Positions 25,311-34,786 of a DNA stretch of 64,000 bases are shown piece by piece. The stretch's first letter is position 1. Every line of letters starts with the position of its first letter. The stretch lies in sequence record ON286972.1, one strand, 5' to 3'. The notes under the pieces are model-generated. The model saw only the letters and a list, made by a program, of their open reading frames with translations. It did no database searches and was not told where the DNA came from. The translations under genes were made by a program, and so were the position numbers.

Positions 25311-25479
25311 AAAAATGAACCAATACCTTATAACCCCAGTGATAATAACGACCTGTTATTATAACTTAGGGCAACTAGGGGCGGGTAATTGCTTAGCTCG
25401 TGTGAAGGGGTTCGTGGGTGGGACAAAAATGTTTCGTATGCTATAATCATATCGAATATGAACATAGCTAGGAGACACT

Positions 25480-26298
25480 ATGCAGATTACCCGTTGTGGA
25501 AGAACCTTCCACTACATGGAGCCTAAAGATGTACAGATGATATACACTGTTCATAATAAGAAAACTCCAAACTTTTATATAAATGAAATTAAGAATAAAC
25601 ATAAAGATTTAAAAATATACGGTTATAACATAACATCATCTAATGAGTTCAACGGTAACAAAACACTTGTTCTTTATGAATTAAAAGGTGTATTACTTAC
25701 AGCTTCAGCAAATCAATTGATGAAGTCAAAGGATATATCAAGAATTCGTTACCGAGATGATGATATCGTTTACGTCACTAATTGTATATTGTTAAACGAA
25801 GGAAAAAATATTAGGTGTACTGGTTTTACACCAGGAAAACAAACTAAAAATACAACATATGGAAATCATGAATGTCATTTGGTGTGTGATGATTGTAATA
25901 GGGAATGGTCAAAACTTATTACAAATATTGTATCAGATGACAGAGAAACCTTTTGTTATTGTGCACAAAGAATATCTTTTAAGGGTAAATGTGCAGCTTA
26001 CTTTTATGTTAATAAATTCACTTATAATGGTGAAACTGTTTACAAATATGGAATAGCTCACAACACAATCAAAAGACGCACACTGTTCAAAAACAATAAT
26101 GGATTAGACTCTGAAGAAATCATAGCTGTACTGTTTGAAAACTCATTGGAAGCTGCTGATCTTGAAGACATGTTGAAGTATACTAATTTAATTAATCATA
26201 TGCGTCATGTTAAAATAAAAGATGGCTGTACTGAACTCACCGATGAAGCTGGACTAAAATTTATTATGGAAGAACTTACTTACATGGGTAAGCTTTAA
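25480..26298 (+). CDS. putative homing endonuclease (GIY-YIG/T5orf172-like C-terminal domain, Zn-ribbon)
   Basis: YFYV...VYKYGIA...RR...E..LE..L...DG.TE pattern; CxxC...CxC upstream. Confidence 0.65.
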   Translation: MQITRCGRTFHYMEPKDVQMIYTVHNKKTPNFYINEIKNKHKDLKIYGYNITSSNEFNGNKTLVLYELKGVLLTASANQLMKSKDISRIRYRDDDIVYVTNCILLNEGKNIRCTGFTPGKQTKNTTYGNHECHLVCDDCNREWSKLITNIVSDDRETFCYCAQRISFKGKCAAYFYVNKFTYNGETVYKYGIAHNTIKRRTLFKNNNGLDSEEIIAVLFENSLEAADLEDMLKYTNLINHMRHVKIKDGCTELTDEAGLKFIMEELTYMGKL

Positions 26299-26301
26299 CA
26301 C

Positions 26302-26330
26302 TTGACATCATGCCTCGTATGGGGTATGAT
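26302..26330 (+). promoter_or_regulatory. sigma70-type promoter
   Basis: TTGACA-17-TATGAT. Confidence 0.75.
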
Positions 26331-26364
26331 GTTTTTTCATATATGAACCTATGGAATTTGCCCT

Positions 26365-26562
26365 ATGCGTATTTTAACACAAGAAGAGCATCACGAAAGA
26401 CTTATCAATAACATGGCTATGATAATGTATAAGTCTCATAAACGTGGTAATGCCTATAAACGTGAATTAGTTATGGAACTATTCTTAGGAACTAACTTAC
26501 AAAATGAATATGTTAAACTATATGTAAAAGAGTTATGTTTAGAGATAAATGGTAAACTATGA
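26365..26562 (+). CDS. LGTNYQ family B protein
   Basis: FLGTNLQNEYV. Confidence 0.8.
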   Translation: MRILTQEEHHERLINNMAMIMYKSHKRGNAYKRELVMELFLGTNLQNEYVKLYVKELCLEINGKL

Positions 26563-26759
26563 AAATGCGTACATTAACCCAAGATGAATATCATCATATA
26601 CTACGTAAAAACACGGCAAGGATTTACCAAAGCAATGTGCATTTAGAAAGAGTTGAGTTGTACCTGTTGATTACGATGGGAACCAACTATCAGGAAGTGT
26701 GGGTAACTCACTATTTGGAATCTTTGAAAGCTGACATACGAGCGAGGTGCAAACATTGA
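26559..26759 (+). CDS. LGTNYQ family B protein
   Basis: MGTNYQE. Confidence 0.8.
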   Translation: MKMRTLTQDEYHHILRKNTARIYQSNVHLERVELYLLITMGTNYQEVWVTHYLESLKADIRARCKH

Positions 26760-26965
26760 AAATCATAACACAGACACAAGCATTTGGTCGTATATTGAAA
26801 TACCTTGATGACATGATAGATATACATAGTGACCTCCCTAAAACTGTAATCTACGCCAAAAGAGCAGAATATCGCATGATGGCTGTACTGAACACAAACT
26901 TTCAGGAAGAGTATGTAAATGATTGGATTGGATTTTTAATTGAAGATATAAAGAGTAAACTATGA
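26747..26965 (+). CDS. LGTNYQ family B protein
   Basis: LNTNFQEEYV; start uncertain. Confidence 0.75.
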   Translation: MQTLKIITQTQAFGRILKYLDDMIDIHSDLPKTVIYAKRAEYRMMAVLNTNFQEEYVNDWIGFLIEDIKSKL

Positions 26966-27174
26966 TTATATTAACACCAGAGCAATATAGGAAACGTTAC
27001 AATTCTAAGCAGATTGAAATCTTGCTGATATATGCAGACAGGGATGATGTATACTTATCAAAAGTTATGGAAAAAGAATTACTTATGGGTGTCTTCTTAG
27101 GAACTGACCACCAGAAATCTTATGTCCAAGAGTATCTAATAGCTCTTGAGAAATACATCAGGAGTAAACTATGA
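26962..27174 (+). CDS. LGTNYQ family B protein
   Basis: LGTDHQ. Confidence 0.8.
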   Translation: MIILTPEQYRKRYNSKQIEILLIYADRDDVYLSKVMEKELLMGVFLGTDHQKSYVQEYLIALEKYIRSKL

Positions 27175-27395
27175 ACTGCATTAATAACTTTGAATACGAG
27201 GCTCGCTCAAGGTGTGCATCTCAAAAAGAGAACCACATTTACTTCACTATGATGTACTTATCTTGGAATGAAATTGAAGAAATGGTTGCTGAAGTATGGC
27301 TGTTTGAATTCATGGGGACGCAGTATCAGAATAGGTTTGTGGGTGAGTATCTTAATGTTCTTATGAAACATATAGAAAGAAAGGGAATGAACTAA
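27171..27395 (+). CDS. LGTNYQ family B protein
   Basis: MGTQYQ. Confidence 0.8.
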   Translation: MNCINNFEYEARSRCASQKENHIYFTMMYLSWNEIEEMVAEVWLFEFMGTQYQNRFVGEYLNVLMKHIERKGMN

Positions 27396-27646
27396 TGAAA
27401 GTATTATCAAGCACTGAGTATCAATCTGCCCTATTCTCTTTACTAAACACCCTTCGCAAGAACAATGAACTTTATCCTTCCCCTGAGAATGATGTAGTTA
27501 ATGGTGACGTGTTTCTTCTTAAATTCATTGGAACTAATAAACAAGATACCTTTACTGATCGTTATATCAATGCACTAAGAAACCTTGTAGCGTATAAAAC
27601 CCGCCAGGCCAAAAGAGAATGGAAGAGACAATGCGATCCAGAATAA
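27395..27646 (+). CDS. LGTNYQ family B protein
   Basis: IGTNKQ. Confidence 0.8.
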   Translation: MKVLSSTEYQSALFSLLNTLRKNNELYPSPENDVVNGDVFLLKFIGTNKQDTFTDRYINALRNLVAYKTRQAKREWKRQCDPE

Positions 27647-27879
27647 ATCACATTATGTACGTTAAACTATTTCAGAAACTAATCCACAAACACTATGATA
27701 CAGTATCTGATAAACTCACTAATGATATCAGCAGACTTATACACTGTGAAGCAGAGATGCTTGTACTGATGACGGGAGACGATACACAAACAATCTCTAA
27801 GGCAATAGAGAACTATCTGGAAGCATATCAACAACATATAAGAACGGAAGTCTGGAGACGAGAGAATGAAAATCCTTAG
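27619..27879 (+). CDS. divergent family B protein
   Basis: MLVLMTGDDTQ at the motif position. Confidence 0.7.
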   Translation: MEETMRSRINHIMYVKLFQKLIHKHYDTVSDKLTNDISRLIHCEAEMLVLMTGDDTQTISKAIENYLEAYQQHIRTEVWRRENENP

Positions 27880-28081
27880 TGGGTATGAATATTACAGTCT
27901 GTTGCGAACTATACAAGCAAAAGTTTCTAGTATTTCTTTAGACAAATCTATTGCACAAGTGGACAAATGTGTTATAATAACTGAAATGAAGCTATCTATC
28001 TTCATTGGGACAAACTATCAAAGCATCTACACTGACGCATGGTTAGCAAGTCTACGTAACAAGGTGATATCCAGAGAATGA
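27866..28081 (+). CDS. LGTNYQ family B protein
   Basis: IGTNYQ. Confidence 0.8.
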   Translation: MKILSGYEYYSLLRTIQAKVSSISLDKSIAQVDKCVIITEMKLSIFIGTNYQSIYTDAWLASLRNKVISRE

Positions 28082-28296
28082 AAAAATTACAAGGTTTTGA
28101 ATATATTAAGCTTCTTCAAACCTGTGAAATCCAAAGAAGAAAGATTCAAAAGGCTAAAAGAATTACCGCAGAACGAAAGTTTACACTGATAACTGAAGTC
28201 TATGTATTAAAACTCTTAGGCACAAACCATCAACACAAGTATGTAGACCTATGGATTGATGCACTCCAGAAAGAGGTTAAAAGTAAATGCAAATGA
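28078..28296 (+). CDS. LGTNYQ family B protein
   Basis: LGTNHQ. Confidence 0.8.
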   Translation: MKKLQGFEYIKLLQTCEIQRRKIQKAKRITAERKFTLITEVYVLKLLGTNHQHKYVDLWIDALQKEVKSKCK

Positions 28297-28511
28297 TTAA
28301 TTTAAGTAAAGATGAATATTATGTACGTCTTGCAAAAACTTATTCATTACGCAAGGCCATTTATGAAAGTCACATTATTGAACAATCAAATAAGTGGATT
28401 GTAGTAAATGAGATCAAGATGCTTTCAGTCTTAGGAACAAACTATCAAGCGAGTGCTGTACTGAAGGTCATTAATGCACTTCAAAATGAGGTCCAAAGTA
28501 AATGCAAATGA
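28287..28511 (+). CDS. LGTNYQ family B protein
   Basis: LGTNYQ. Confidence 0.8.
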   Translation: MQMINLSKDEYYVRLAKTYSLRKAIYESHIIEQSNKWIVVNEIKMLSVLGTNYQASAVLKVINALQNEVQSKCK

Positions 28512-28765
28512 TTAATTTAAGTAAAGATGAATATAACGAGCGACTAGCAAAAATCTCACCTAAACGTAATGCAATCTATCACAGCCAAGAAATTCAACAC
28601 AGTAAGAAGATGATTATGTTTCGTGAGTTAAAGATGGGTGTCTTCTTAGGAACAAACTATCAAGAGACAGAAGTAAATCGCGTCATAACCGAGTTACTCA
28701 TGGAAATCAGAGGTAAGCTGTACTTTCATCAAATGACCCAACCACTGAGGTGTAATGAGAAATGA
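28502..28765 (+). CDS. LGTNYQ family B protein
   Basis: LGTNYQ; first 11 aa identical to 28287. Confidence 0.8.
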   Translation: MQMINLSKDEYNERLAKISPKRNAIYHSQEIQHSKKMIMFRELKMGVFLGTNYQETEVNRVITELLMEIRGKLYFHQMTQPLRCNEK

Positions 28766-28998
28766 ATAAAATTAATAACATCAACTTAGCAGAAAGATTT
28801 GATAGAATTGGGGAAGCTCTGAGAAGATACGATAAAGCATATGGTCATTTAAGCTTTACCATAGAAACGAGATATGCCCTTGAAGAAGAGTTTAAAATGC
28901 ATAGTCTCTTAGGCACACAGTATCAAAAACAATATGTTCAAAAATGGATTGAATGTTTAATCCAAACAATTCATGTGAGGAACATAAAATGCAAATGA
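28762..28998 (+). CDS. LGTNYQ family B protein
   Basis: LGTQYQ. Confidence 0.8.
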   Translation: MNKINNINLAERFDRIGEALRRYDKAYGHLSFTIETRYALEEEFKMHSLLGTQYQKQYVQKWIECLIQTIHVRNIKCK

Positions 28999-29243
28999 TA
29001 TACTTAACAGACGATGAAATAAAAGAAAGAATAATTAAATCCAGAAAACATACAAATCAACTTCCAAAAGACCCAAACCAAACCCCTGCTGCAAGGAGTG
29101 CAGAAGTATTATATCAACAACTCCTGTACTTTCTTGGAACTGATAGACAGGATTATTATGTTCGATCGATTCTTAGATATCTTAAAATGACTATTCAGGA
29201 AAAGATACATGACCAAATATATAAAAATCTTAACAGTCAATGA
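28989..29243 (+). CDS. LGTNYQ family B protein
   Basis: LGTDRQ; start adjusted. Confidence 0.75.
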   Translation: MQMIYLTDDEIKERIIKSRKHTNQLPKDPNQTPAARSAEVLYQQLLYFLGTDRQDYYVRSILRYLKMTIQEKIHDQIYKNLNSQ

Positions 29244-29460
29244 ATATCATAAGATTATCATGAAGACTAATAGTGCAATTTCTAAAAAATCAAACCCCAA
29301 GTACATTCTGGAACACACATTTGAAGAACGACAATTAGCTTTAGTTGAAGCAAAACTTCTTGCACTATTAGGGACTAACTATCAAGACGAGTACGTAAGA
29401 AAACTAATATACCTTTTAACTAAACACATCAGGAAAAGAAATGCTGCACTTGACAAATGA
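29209..29460 (+). CDS. LGTNYQ family B protein
   Basis: LGTNYQ. Confidence 0.8.
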   Translation: MTKYIKILTVNEYHKIIMKTNSAISKKSNPKYILEHTFEERQLALVEAKLLALLGTNYQDEYVRKLIYLLTKHIRKRNAALDK

Positions 29461-29671
29461 CGAATACGGTGTTATCATCCTTGATGTTATCAATAAAGAA
29501 TACCATAGGAAACAACGATACGCTTGTTATGAAGATAAACAGCTTTCTATAGCTGAACAACAATTAGTTCATTTATTAGGAACAAACTATCAAGAACAAT
29601 GCACTGAACGTTACCTGTACCTACTGTCGAGGAAAGCAAAAAGAGATTATGAAAATTTTAAACGAAGGTGA
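29441..29671 (+). CDS. LGTNYQ family B protein
   Basis: LGTNYQ. Confidence 0.8.
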   Translation: MLHLTNDEYGVIILDVINKEYHRKQRYACYEDKQLSIAEQQLVHLLGTNYQEQCTERYLYLLSRKAKRDYENFKRR

Positions 29672-29864
29672 TGAAGTAATATTACTTATAGAGAATTCAA
29701 GTAAATTCTTAAACATATCACTGTCTGATATAGATGAAGATGACAAAGAAGTACTGAGAGCAGATTTAAGAGTACTGTTACATCTCGGAACAAACCTACA
29801 AGAACAATTTGTTGAGGACTACATCGATGAACTTAAAGAATCAGTACTGAGAAGATGTAAATGA
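29649..29864 (+). CDS. LGTNYQ family B protein
   Basis: LGTNLQ. Confidence 0.8.
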   Translation: MKILNEGDEVILLIENSSKFLNISLSDIDEDDKEVLRADLRVLLHLGTNLQEQFVEDYIDELKESVLRRCK

Positions 29865-30103
29865 AAATGAAAATCCTTTCAAGCACAGAATACAACCAAC
29901 TATTAAGTAGTTTAATTCCAAAGTTGCATCGTAGCTGGTCAGCAGAATTATCACAGGATGAAAAAAATATTCTAATAAGTGAAATCTATGTTCTAGCTAC
30001 TATAGGAACTAACTATCAAGAACACATCATAGTGGATTATATTAATACACTCAAAAGGGTAATACAATTAAAATGCACAGACAGCACATACACAAACCCC
30101 TAG
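29861..30103 (+). CDS. LGTNYQ family B protein
   Basis: IGTNYQ. Confidence 0.8.
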   Translation: MKMKILSSTEYNQLLSSLIPKLHRSWSAELSQDEKNILISEIYVLATIGTNYQEHIIVDYINTLKRVIQLKCTDSTYTNP

Positions 30104-30303
30104 GAACAGCAGAATACATTGAACTAATGGCAGCAAACTTCTCATCCTTTCAGAAACTGAGGCAAGAATCAAATAATGATTTAGAATATCATATCAAAAG
30201 TTCAGATTTAAGATTGTTACTCACTCTAGGAACAGACAGTCAGTACAAATTCGTACAGGAGCATATTAGAGCACTTTTAAATGGCATCAGGAATAAACTA
30301 TGA
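30073..30303 (+). CDS. LGTNYQ family B protein
   Basis: LGTDSQ. Confidence 0.75.
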   Translation: MHRQHIHKPLGTAEYIELMAANFSSFQKLRQESNNDLEYHIKSSDLRLLLTLGTDSQYKFVQEHIRALLNGIRNKL

Positions 30304-30515
30304 AGGAAATATCAAACCAAGAGTACTTAGAACTATTCAGAAAAAATAAGAACGAATATATGGCACTTGATACAAGAACTGATATAGGGGAACTTGAAAA
30401 AAATCTTTTGCGTTCAGAGATGATAGTACTGACACTCTTAGGAACACAGCACCAAGAGAGAACTGTTAATTCACACATAGAAATACTTAAGAAGCTTATA
30501 CAGGAAAAGATATGA
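30300..30515 (+). CDS. LGTNYQ family B protein
   Basis: LGTQHQ. Confidence 0.8.
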   Translation: MKEISNQEYLELFRKNKNEYMALDTRTDIGELEKNLLRSEMIVLTLLGTQHQERTVNSHIEILKKLIQEKI

Positions 30516-30733
30516 GAATCATAACACAACAAGATATTCTTAAGTTCACAAGGGTTCATGCATCTGAATTTGATGCTATATTATCAAAAAGTTACAACAA
30601 CCCTTATACAGAAGATGTACACTACAGTGAATTATGGGTGTATATACTTTTAGGTACAGATCATCAAGAGCAAGCAGTACAGAAGTATTTGTTAGCTTTA
30701 CGTGATGCTACTGCTAATGGAGTAGGTGTTTAA
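30512..30733 (+). CDS. LGTNYQ family B protein
   Basis: LGTDHQ. Confidence 0.8.
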   Translation: MRIITQQDILKFTRVHASEFDAILSKSYNNPYTEDVHYSELWVYILLGTDHQEQAVQKYLLALRDATANGVGV

Positions 30734-30735
30734 AA

Positions 30736-31077
30736 ATGAAAACTAATATTCAACTCAAGGTATACATATCGTATGAAAATATATACATCAAAAGTAGTCT
30801 ATGTAAAGATGTAATGGACTACAAAGGTAAGCCATTCACAGTTACTTACAGTTCTACAGGAGGTTTATATATATCTTTTGCTAATTACGAAAATAATATG
30901 TACGAACACATTGACATTGAAGATTTAAGTACTTTATCAGAAGAGGAATACTTTCAGGAATCATTAGTCTGGGATTTAGAGTTTCCTATGCCATTAGTAC
31001 ATAAAATGATAGTACTAATAAAAGAAACTAAACAGGAGCCTCGTGATAATTATGAAGAACACATTATTGAGTATTAA
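30736..31077 (+). CDS. FQxS family C protein
   Basis: LSEEEYFQESLVWD. Confidence 0.8.
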   Translation: MKTNIQLKVYISYENIYIKSSLCKDVMDYKGKPFTVTYSSTGGLYISFANYENNMYEHIDIEDLSTLSEEEYFQESLVWDLEFPMPLVHKMIVLIKETKQEPRDNYEEHIIEY

Positions 31078-31089
31078 GAGTACTGAACC

Positions 31090-31320
31090 ATGAAAAGATT
31101 ATCATTCGAAGAGTACTGCAAGCTTATTAATACTTTACAACCACAAATACAACAAATAAATTCTCTTCCTATACCCCAAGAAGAACGTGCAGTACTGAAA
31201 GATGAGTTAATTTTAAAATGCACAGTAGGTACTAACTATCAAGCTGATAGTGTTCGTTATCTAATTTGGGGTTTAATGTGCATAATAGAGAACAAAGCAG
31301 TTGACAGTACTCTAATGTAG
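31090..31320 (+). CDS. LGTNYQ family B protein
   Basis: VGTNYQ. Confidence 0.8.
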   Translation: MKRLSFEEYCKLINTLQPQIQQINSLPIPQEERAVLKDELILKCTVGTNYQADSVRYLIWGLMCIIENKAVDSTLM

Positions 31321-31329
31321 TGCTATAGT
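31301..31329 (+). promoter_or_regulatory. sigma70-type promoter at the start of the ACT-free block
   Basis: TTGACA-17-TATAGT with TGn extension. Confidence 0.75.
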
Positions 31330-31359
31330 ACTTCTACGTTCTAATATAGGGTACAGATT

Positions 31360-31605
31360 ATGTTAAAATTTTTAAATTTCCTTATCGTCTTGTGTATTGT
31401 TCTTGGGATTGCACCGTTTGTATTAGCGTATCTGGATTCAGATGAAATGCACAAGATGAATTGCACAAAGACAGGACAGAGTAGAAAAGAGACGGTTATG
31501 ATGCCCGTAACGGTTATTGTGAATAATATGCCGATTACGAACATGATTCCTACCCTAACGACAACGTATCAGTACTCTTGCGATGACGGAGAGAGGTGGA
31601 GATGA
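31360..31605 (+). CDS. membrane-anchored protein with two Cys
   Basis: N-terminal TM; C.KTG...YSCDDG. Confidence 0.8.
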   Translation: MLKFLNFLIVLCIVLGIAPFVLAYLDSDEMHKMNCTKTGQSRKETVMMPVTVIVNNMPITNMIPTLTTTYQYSCDDGERWR

Positions 31606-31931
31606 CACGTAAATTCAATTGTATTGTCAGAGATAAAATCTGTTTCATTGCGTTGTCCAATTTCCAGAGCAATTCTGGGGTTAAGGTATTTGAGTACAAT
31701 AAAGTTGATAATTGTTTCTATTGGGTAGACGGTGTAAAATCCACAGGAAACAAGATTGCAGTACCGAATCTAGTTGATATCTCTGAAGAAGAAGAGTTTC
31801 AGTACAGTTTAGTACATGATGATTCTTTTGGATTTACGTTCAATGAAATGAAGGAAGTACAAAGGCAGATGATATCGTATAGTAATCTTCCAAAGCATTT
31901 CATACAAGATGTGCATAGAATTGTAATATAG
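31596..31931 (+). CDS. FQxS family C protein
   Basis: SEEEEFQYSLVHD. Confidence 0.8.
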   Translation: MEMTRKFNCIVRDKICFIALSNFQSNSGVKVFEYNKVDNCFYWVDGVKSTGNKIAVPNLVDISEEEEFQYSLVHDDSFGFTFNEMKEVQRQMISYSNLPKHFIQDVHRIVI

Positions 31932-31938
31932 GGGATAT

Positions 31939-32274
31939 ATGAAATTCAACATTCACCGAATTAATTCCGGTTGTATATTTGCTTATACGCATGAGAATTA
32001 CAAGAAGTACATGAATCATGAAGTACATTATGTTTTCGAGGACGGTAAAGAATATTTTGCTTATTTGAGTCCCAGGAGTTTAGGTAAGTACGAGTTGCTT
32101 CAGGATCTTTCTCTTATGCAGGAAGATGAATTATTTCAGTACAGTCTAATTCATGACCCTTATATGTTTGATATAGATATTATGTGCAGTTTACAGAAGA
32201 GGATGAAAGAAGTTTGGGATTCGATTAAAAGAGGTGATTGTATAGAATATGATAGTATACAAGAAGATGCCTAA
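31939..32274 (+). CDS. FQxS family C protein
   Basis: EDELFQYSLIHD. Confidence 0.8.
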   Translation: MKFNIHRINSGCIFAYTHENYKKYMNHEVHYVFEDGKEYFAYLSPRSLGKYELLQDLSLMQEDELFQYSLIHDPYMFDIDIMCSLQKRMKEVWDSIKRGDCIEYDSIQEDA

Positions 32275-32467
32275 CGGATATGAATTGAAGTACAGACATT
32301 TTATTCGAAATGTAGAATCAGATCCTTTTAATGTTAAAATGGCAGAGTTCGATTTATTATTTTATCTAGGAACGAGAGCACAGCCACAATTCGTTGATGC
32401 ATACATAAGGGCTTTACGAACAGAGATAGTATGCACACCAAAGGAGTCTAAATGTACAAAAATGTAA
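32267..32467 (+). CDS. LGTNYQ family B protein
   Basis: LGTRAQ; start adjusted. Confidence 0.75.
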   Translation: MPNGYELKYRHFIRNVESDPFNVKMAEFDLLFYLGTRAQPQFVDAYIRALRTEIVCTPKESKCTKM

Positions 32468-32709
32468 ACCATCATTTGTACGCATCAAAGTACAGGGATT
32501 TTTGTTTACAAGGGGGCGATGAAGATTTTGCTTTGCGATTATCGGAATTTAATATGTTATTTTATCTTGGTACATCAGTACAAGAAGAAATGGTACAGAA
32601 ATTTATCAAGCACCTTGAACGAAAAATTCATACGCAAATTTTGGTTGTTAAGTTACAGAATGAGATAAATGAATACAATGCAGAATCTAACAGTAGTACA
32701 GGATCTTAG
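32452..32709 (+). CDS. LGTNYQ family B protein
   Basis: LGTSVQ; SD AAGGAG. Confidence 0.8.
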   Translation: MYKNVNHHLYASKYRDFCLQGGDEDFALRLSEFNMLFYLGTSVQEEMVQKFIKHLERKIHTQILVVKLQNEINEYNAESNSSTGS

Positions 32710-33070
32710 ACCAGTAATAATGATGTTAAATGCAAGACGAGATTTATGGCACGAAATGCATAACAACAAGGATTCATTTGCACAAATCAATTTAGTCTTT
32801 CAGGAGTTAATCCAGAGTGCATTGGATGTTATAGTACCAAAATACAAAGATGGTATATTCTGTGTAAAGAATGCAGTTCGTCCTCATGCAATTCCAAGGA
32901 AAATTAAGTTAGCCAGATTAACATTTGACGAGAGGGATTTCTTCAGTTATAATCCCAGTACAGCTTTATATTTTATTCCTGATTCAGACAAATATCATCC
33001 TATCCATTACGGATGGATTATGTCGTATGTAGTGAATGAAACGGAATACCCTATTAAATGGGAAAGATGA
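32669..33070 (+). CDS. hypothetical protein
   Basis: Tiled ORF in operon. Confidence 0.75.
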   Translation: MNTMQNLTVVQDLRPVIMMLNARRDLWHEMHNNKDSFAQINLVFQELIQSALDVIVPKYKDGIFCVKNAVRPHAIPRKIKLARLTFDERDFFSYNPSTALYFIPDSDKYHPIHYGWIMSYVVNETEYPIKWER

Positions 33071-33255
33071 TGATAGATGCAAAGACATTAAATGCATTAA
33101 ATGCATTACAGGATTCATTATTAGATAGTATTAAGCTGTATTACAATATGCATTTGAGGGGTGGTATCAATGATTACAATTATTATTTGAGTGTAATTAT
33201 ATTTGAGCATCTTTCAGTACAGGATAGAATTTTACACAAGTACAAACATTATTGA
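33058..33255 (+). CDS. hypothetical protein
   Basis: Tiled ORF in operon. Confidence 0.65.
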   Translation: MGKMMIDAKTLNALNALQDSLLDSIKLYYNMHLRGGINDYNYYLSVIIFEHLSVQDRILHKYKHY

Positions 33256-33266
33256 GGAAACAAAAT

Positions 33267-33617
33267 ATGTTCAATAAAATCATGTTCATTTTAACATTTG
33301 TGTTTTTATCATTTATAAACACCGCACATACAGCACAGGCATCATCGGATGTACCGTTATATGAAACATACAAATTTGATTGCAGATTACAGAATAATGA
33401 AATAATCAATATCTTTTTACACAATACAGAAGTACCTTATTTGCAGATTGAAGCAACGAAGTACATGTATTATGGTACGAATTCAGTACAGGAATTTTTA
33501 TTCAAACACACCAATCAGGATGTAATTATATCATTGCAGTACGTTGATAGTTCATTGTCTTTAATGCATTTCAAGAATGCAGAGGGATTAGTTACAGTGC
33601 TCAAATGCTATAGGTAA
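33267..33617 (+). CDS. exported protein
   Basis: Signal peptide MFNKIMFILTFVFLSFINTAHTAQA; SD GAGG. Confidence 0.75.
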   Translation: MFNKIMFILTFVFLSFINTAHTAQASSDVPLYETYKFDCRLQNNEIINIFLHNTEVPYLQIEATKYMYYGTNSVQEFLFKHTNQDVIISLQYVDSSLSLMHFKNAEGLVTVLKCYR

Positions 33618-33623
33618 TAATAT

Positions 33624-34139
33624 ATGAATGAAATTGAATTATTAACGCACAAGATTAGTACAATAATGCTTATGCTCAAAAATAATCATCCTATACATAA
33701 GTACATTGATATAGATGAATTACGCATAGAAGATAGGCATGGTAAATTATCGTTTATGTTTCACAATGCAAATAATGCAGGGAATGTTAACGTTTGTATT
33801 GCAGCATTTACCCAAGCCAATCCAGTACAAACATCTCCTGTTGTATACGAAAATAAAGAAGGGTATTTGTGGGTAAACACAAACGATTATTTCTTTTATG
33901 ATTTGAAACAAGATGATGAAGTAGAAGAACGAATTGATTTAATTGATATTAGTACAGATTGTAGTGCTGAATTATTTCAGAAATCGTTATTATATAGTCC
34001 TCGTCAAATGCATTATCTAAAGTTATTCAGTTCATTGTACGCGAATCCTTTAATTAAGGGTTTTAAATTTTATATAAAAGTTCCTGACATTCAAGCAGTT
34101 TATGATATTTTGATGCAAGGATATAGTTATGAAGTATAA
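33624..34139 (+). CDS. FQxS family C protein
   Basis: SAELFQKSLLY. Confidence 0.8.
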   Translation: MNEIELLTHKISTIMLMLKNNHPIHKYIDIDELRIEDRHGKLSFMFHNANNAGNVNVCIAAFTQANPVQTSPVVYENKEGYLWVNTNDYFFYDLKQDDEVEERIDLIDISTDCSAELFQKSLLYSPRQMHYLKLFSSLYANPLIKGFKFYIKVPDIQAVYDILMQGYSYEV

Positions 34140-34437
34140 AATGCTTTATACAAAAGATATGATTTATGTTGAATTAGAAGGCGATGAAGACGGTTGGAAT
34201 TTGATTTATTCAAGTAGTTCAGGTTGGTACATGGCACATTTAAATGATAACGAAGTTACAGATTATTTTGTAGATTTCAATACATTATCAGACGAAGAAT
34301 TGTTTCAACAGCAATTAGTGATTGACACGGGTGGTTATGATGTGTTATTATTAAAAAAGATACAGAAAGCTGTTATGAATTTTAATGCCCAAGTATCCGA
34401 ATGGGAAAGGAAATATTATGACCTCGAAGTACAATAA
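34129..34437 (+). CDS. FQxS family C protein
   Basis: SDEELFQQQLV. Confidence 0.8.
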   Translation: MKYKMLYTKDMIYVELEGDEDGWNLIYSSSSGWYMAHLNDNEVTDYFVDFNTLSDEELFQQQLVIDTGGYDVLLLKKIQKAVMNFNAQVSEWERKYYDLEVQ

Positions 34438-34786
34438 TACATTTGATATTAATAAGTTAACAGAATGGTTTTATAATATTGAAATTGAAGCTATTCCGTA
34501 TCACAAGTACGAACAACGTGATTTGCGTAGTATAGATATTCGTGAGTTGTACGAGTATTATCAGAGTGCATTAGAGATGCATAAGATATTTTTGAGTACA
34601 GAATACATGACACGTTGTAATGATGCGTTTGATGAATTCAAGAAGAATGATAATTTAGTACAGAAATATGTAATAGCAAAGTACATGTACCTTCAGGGAA
34701 TTACAAGTATAGTGGAATTCAATACAGTTCTTGCTTTAGTTGAGATTATTTTATTATGCAAAAATGTAAAGTGGAATTTAGTTTAG
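34418..34786 (+). CDS. hypothetical protein
   Basis: Start adjusted to ATG 34418. Confidence 0.7.
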   Translation: MTSKYNNTFDINKLTEWFYNIEIEAIPYHKYEQRDLRSIDIRELYEYYQSALEMHKIFLSTEYMTRCNDAFDEFKKNDNLVQKYVIAKYMYLQGITSIVEFNTVLALVEIILLCKNVKWNLV

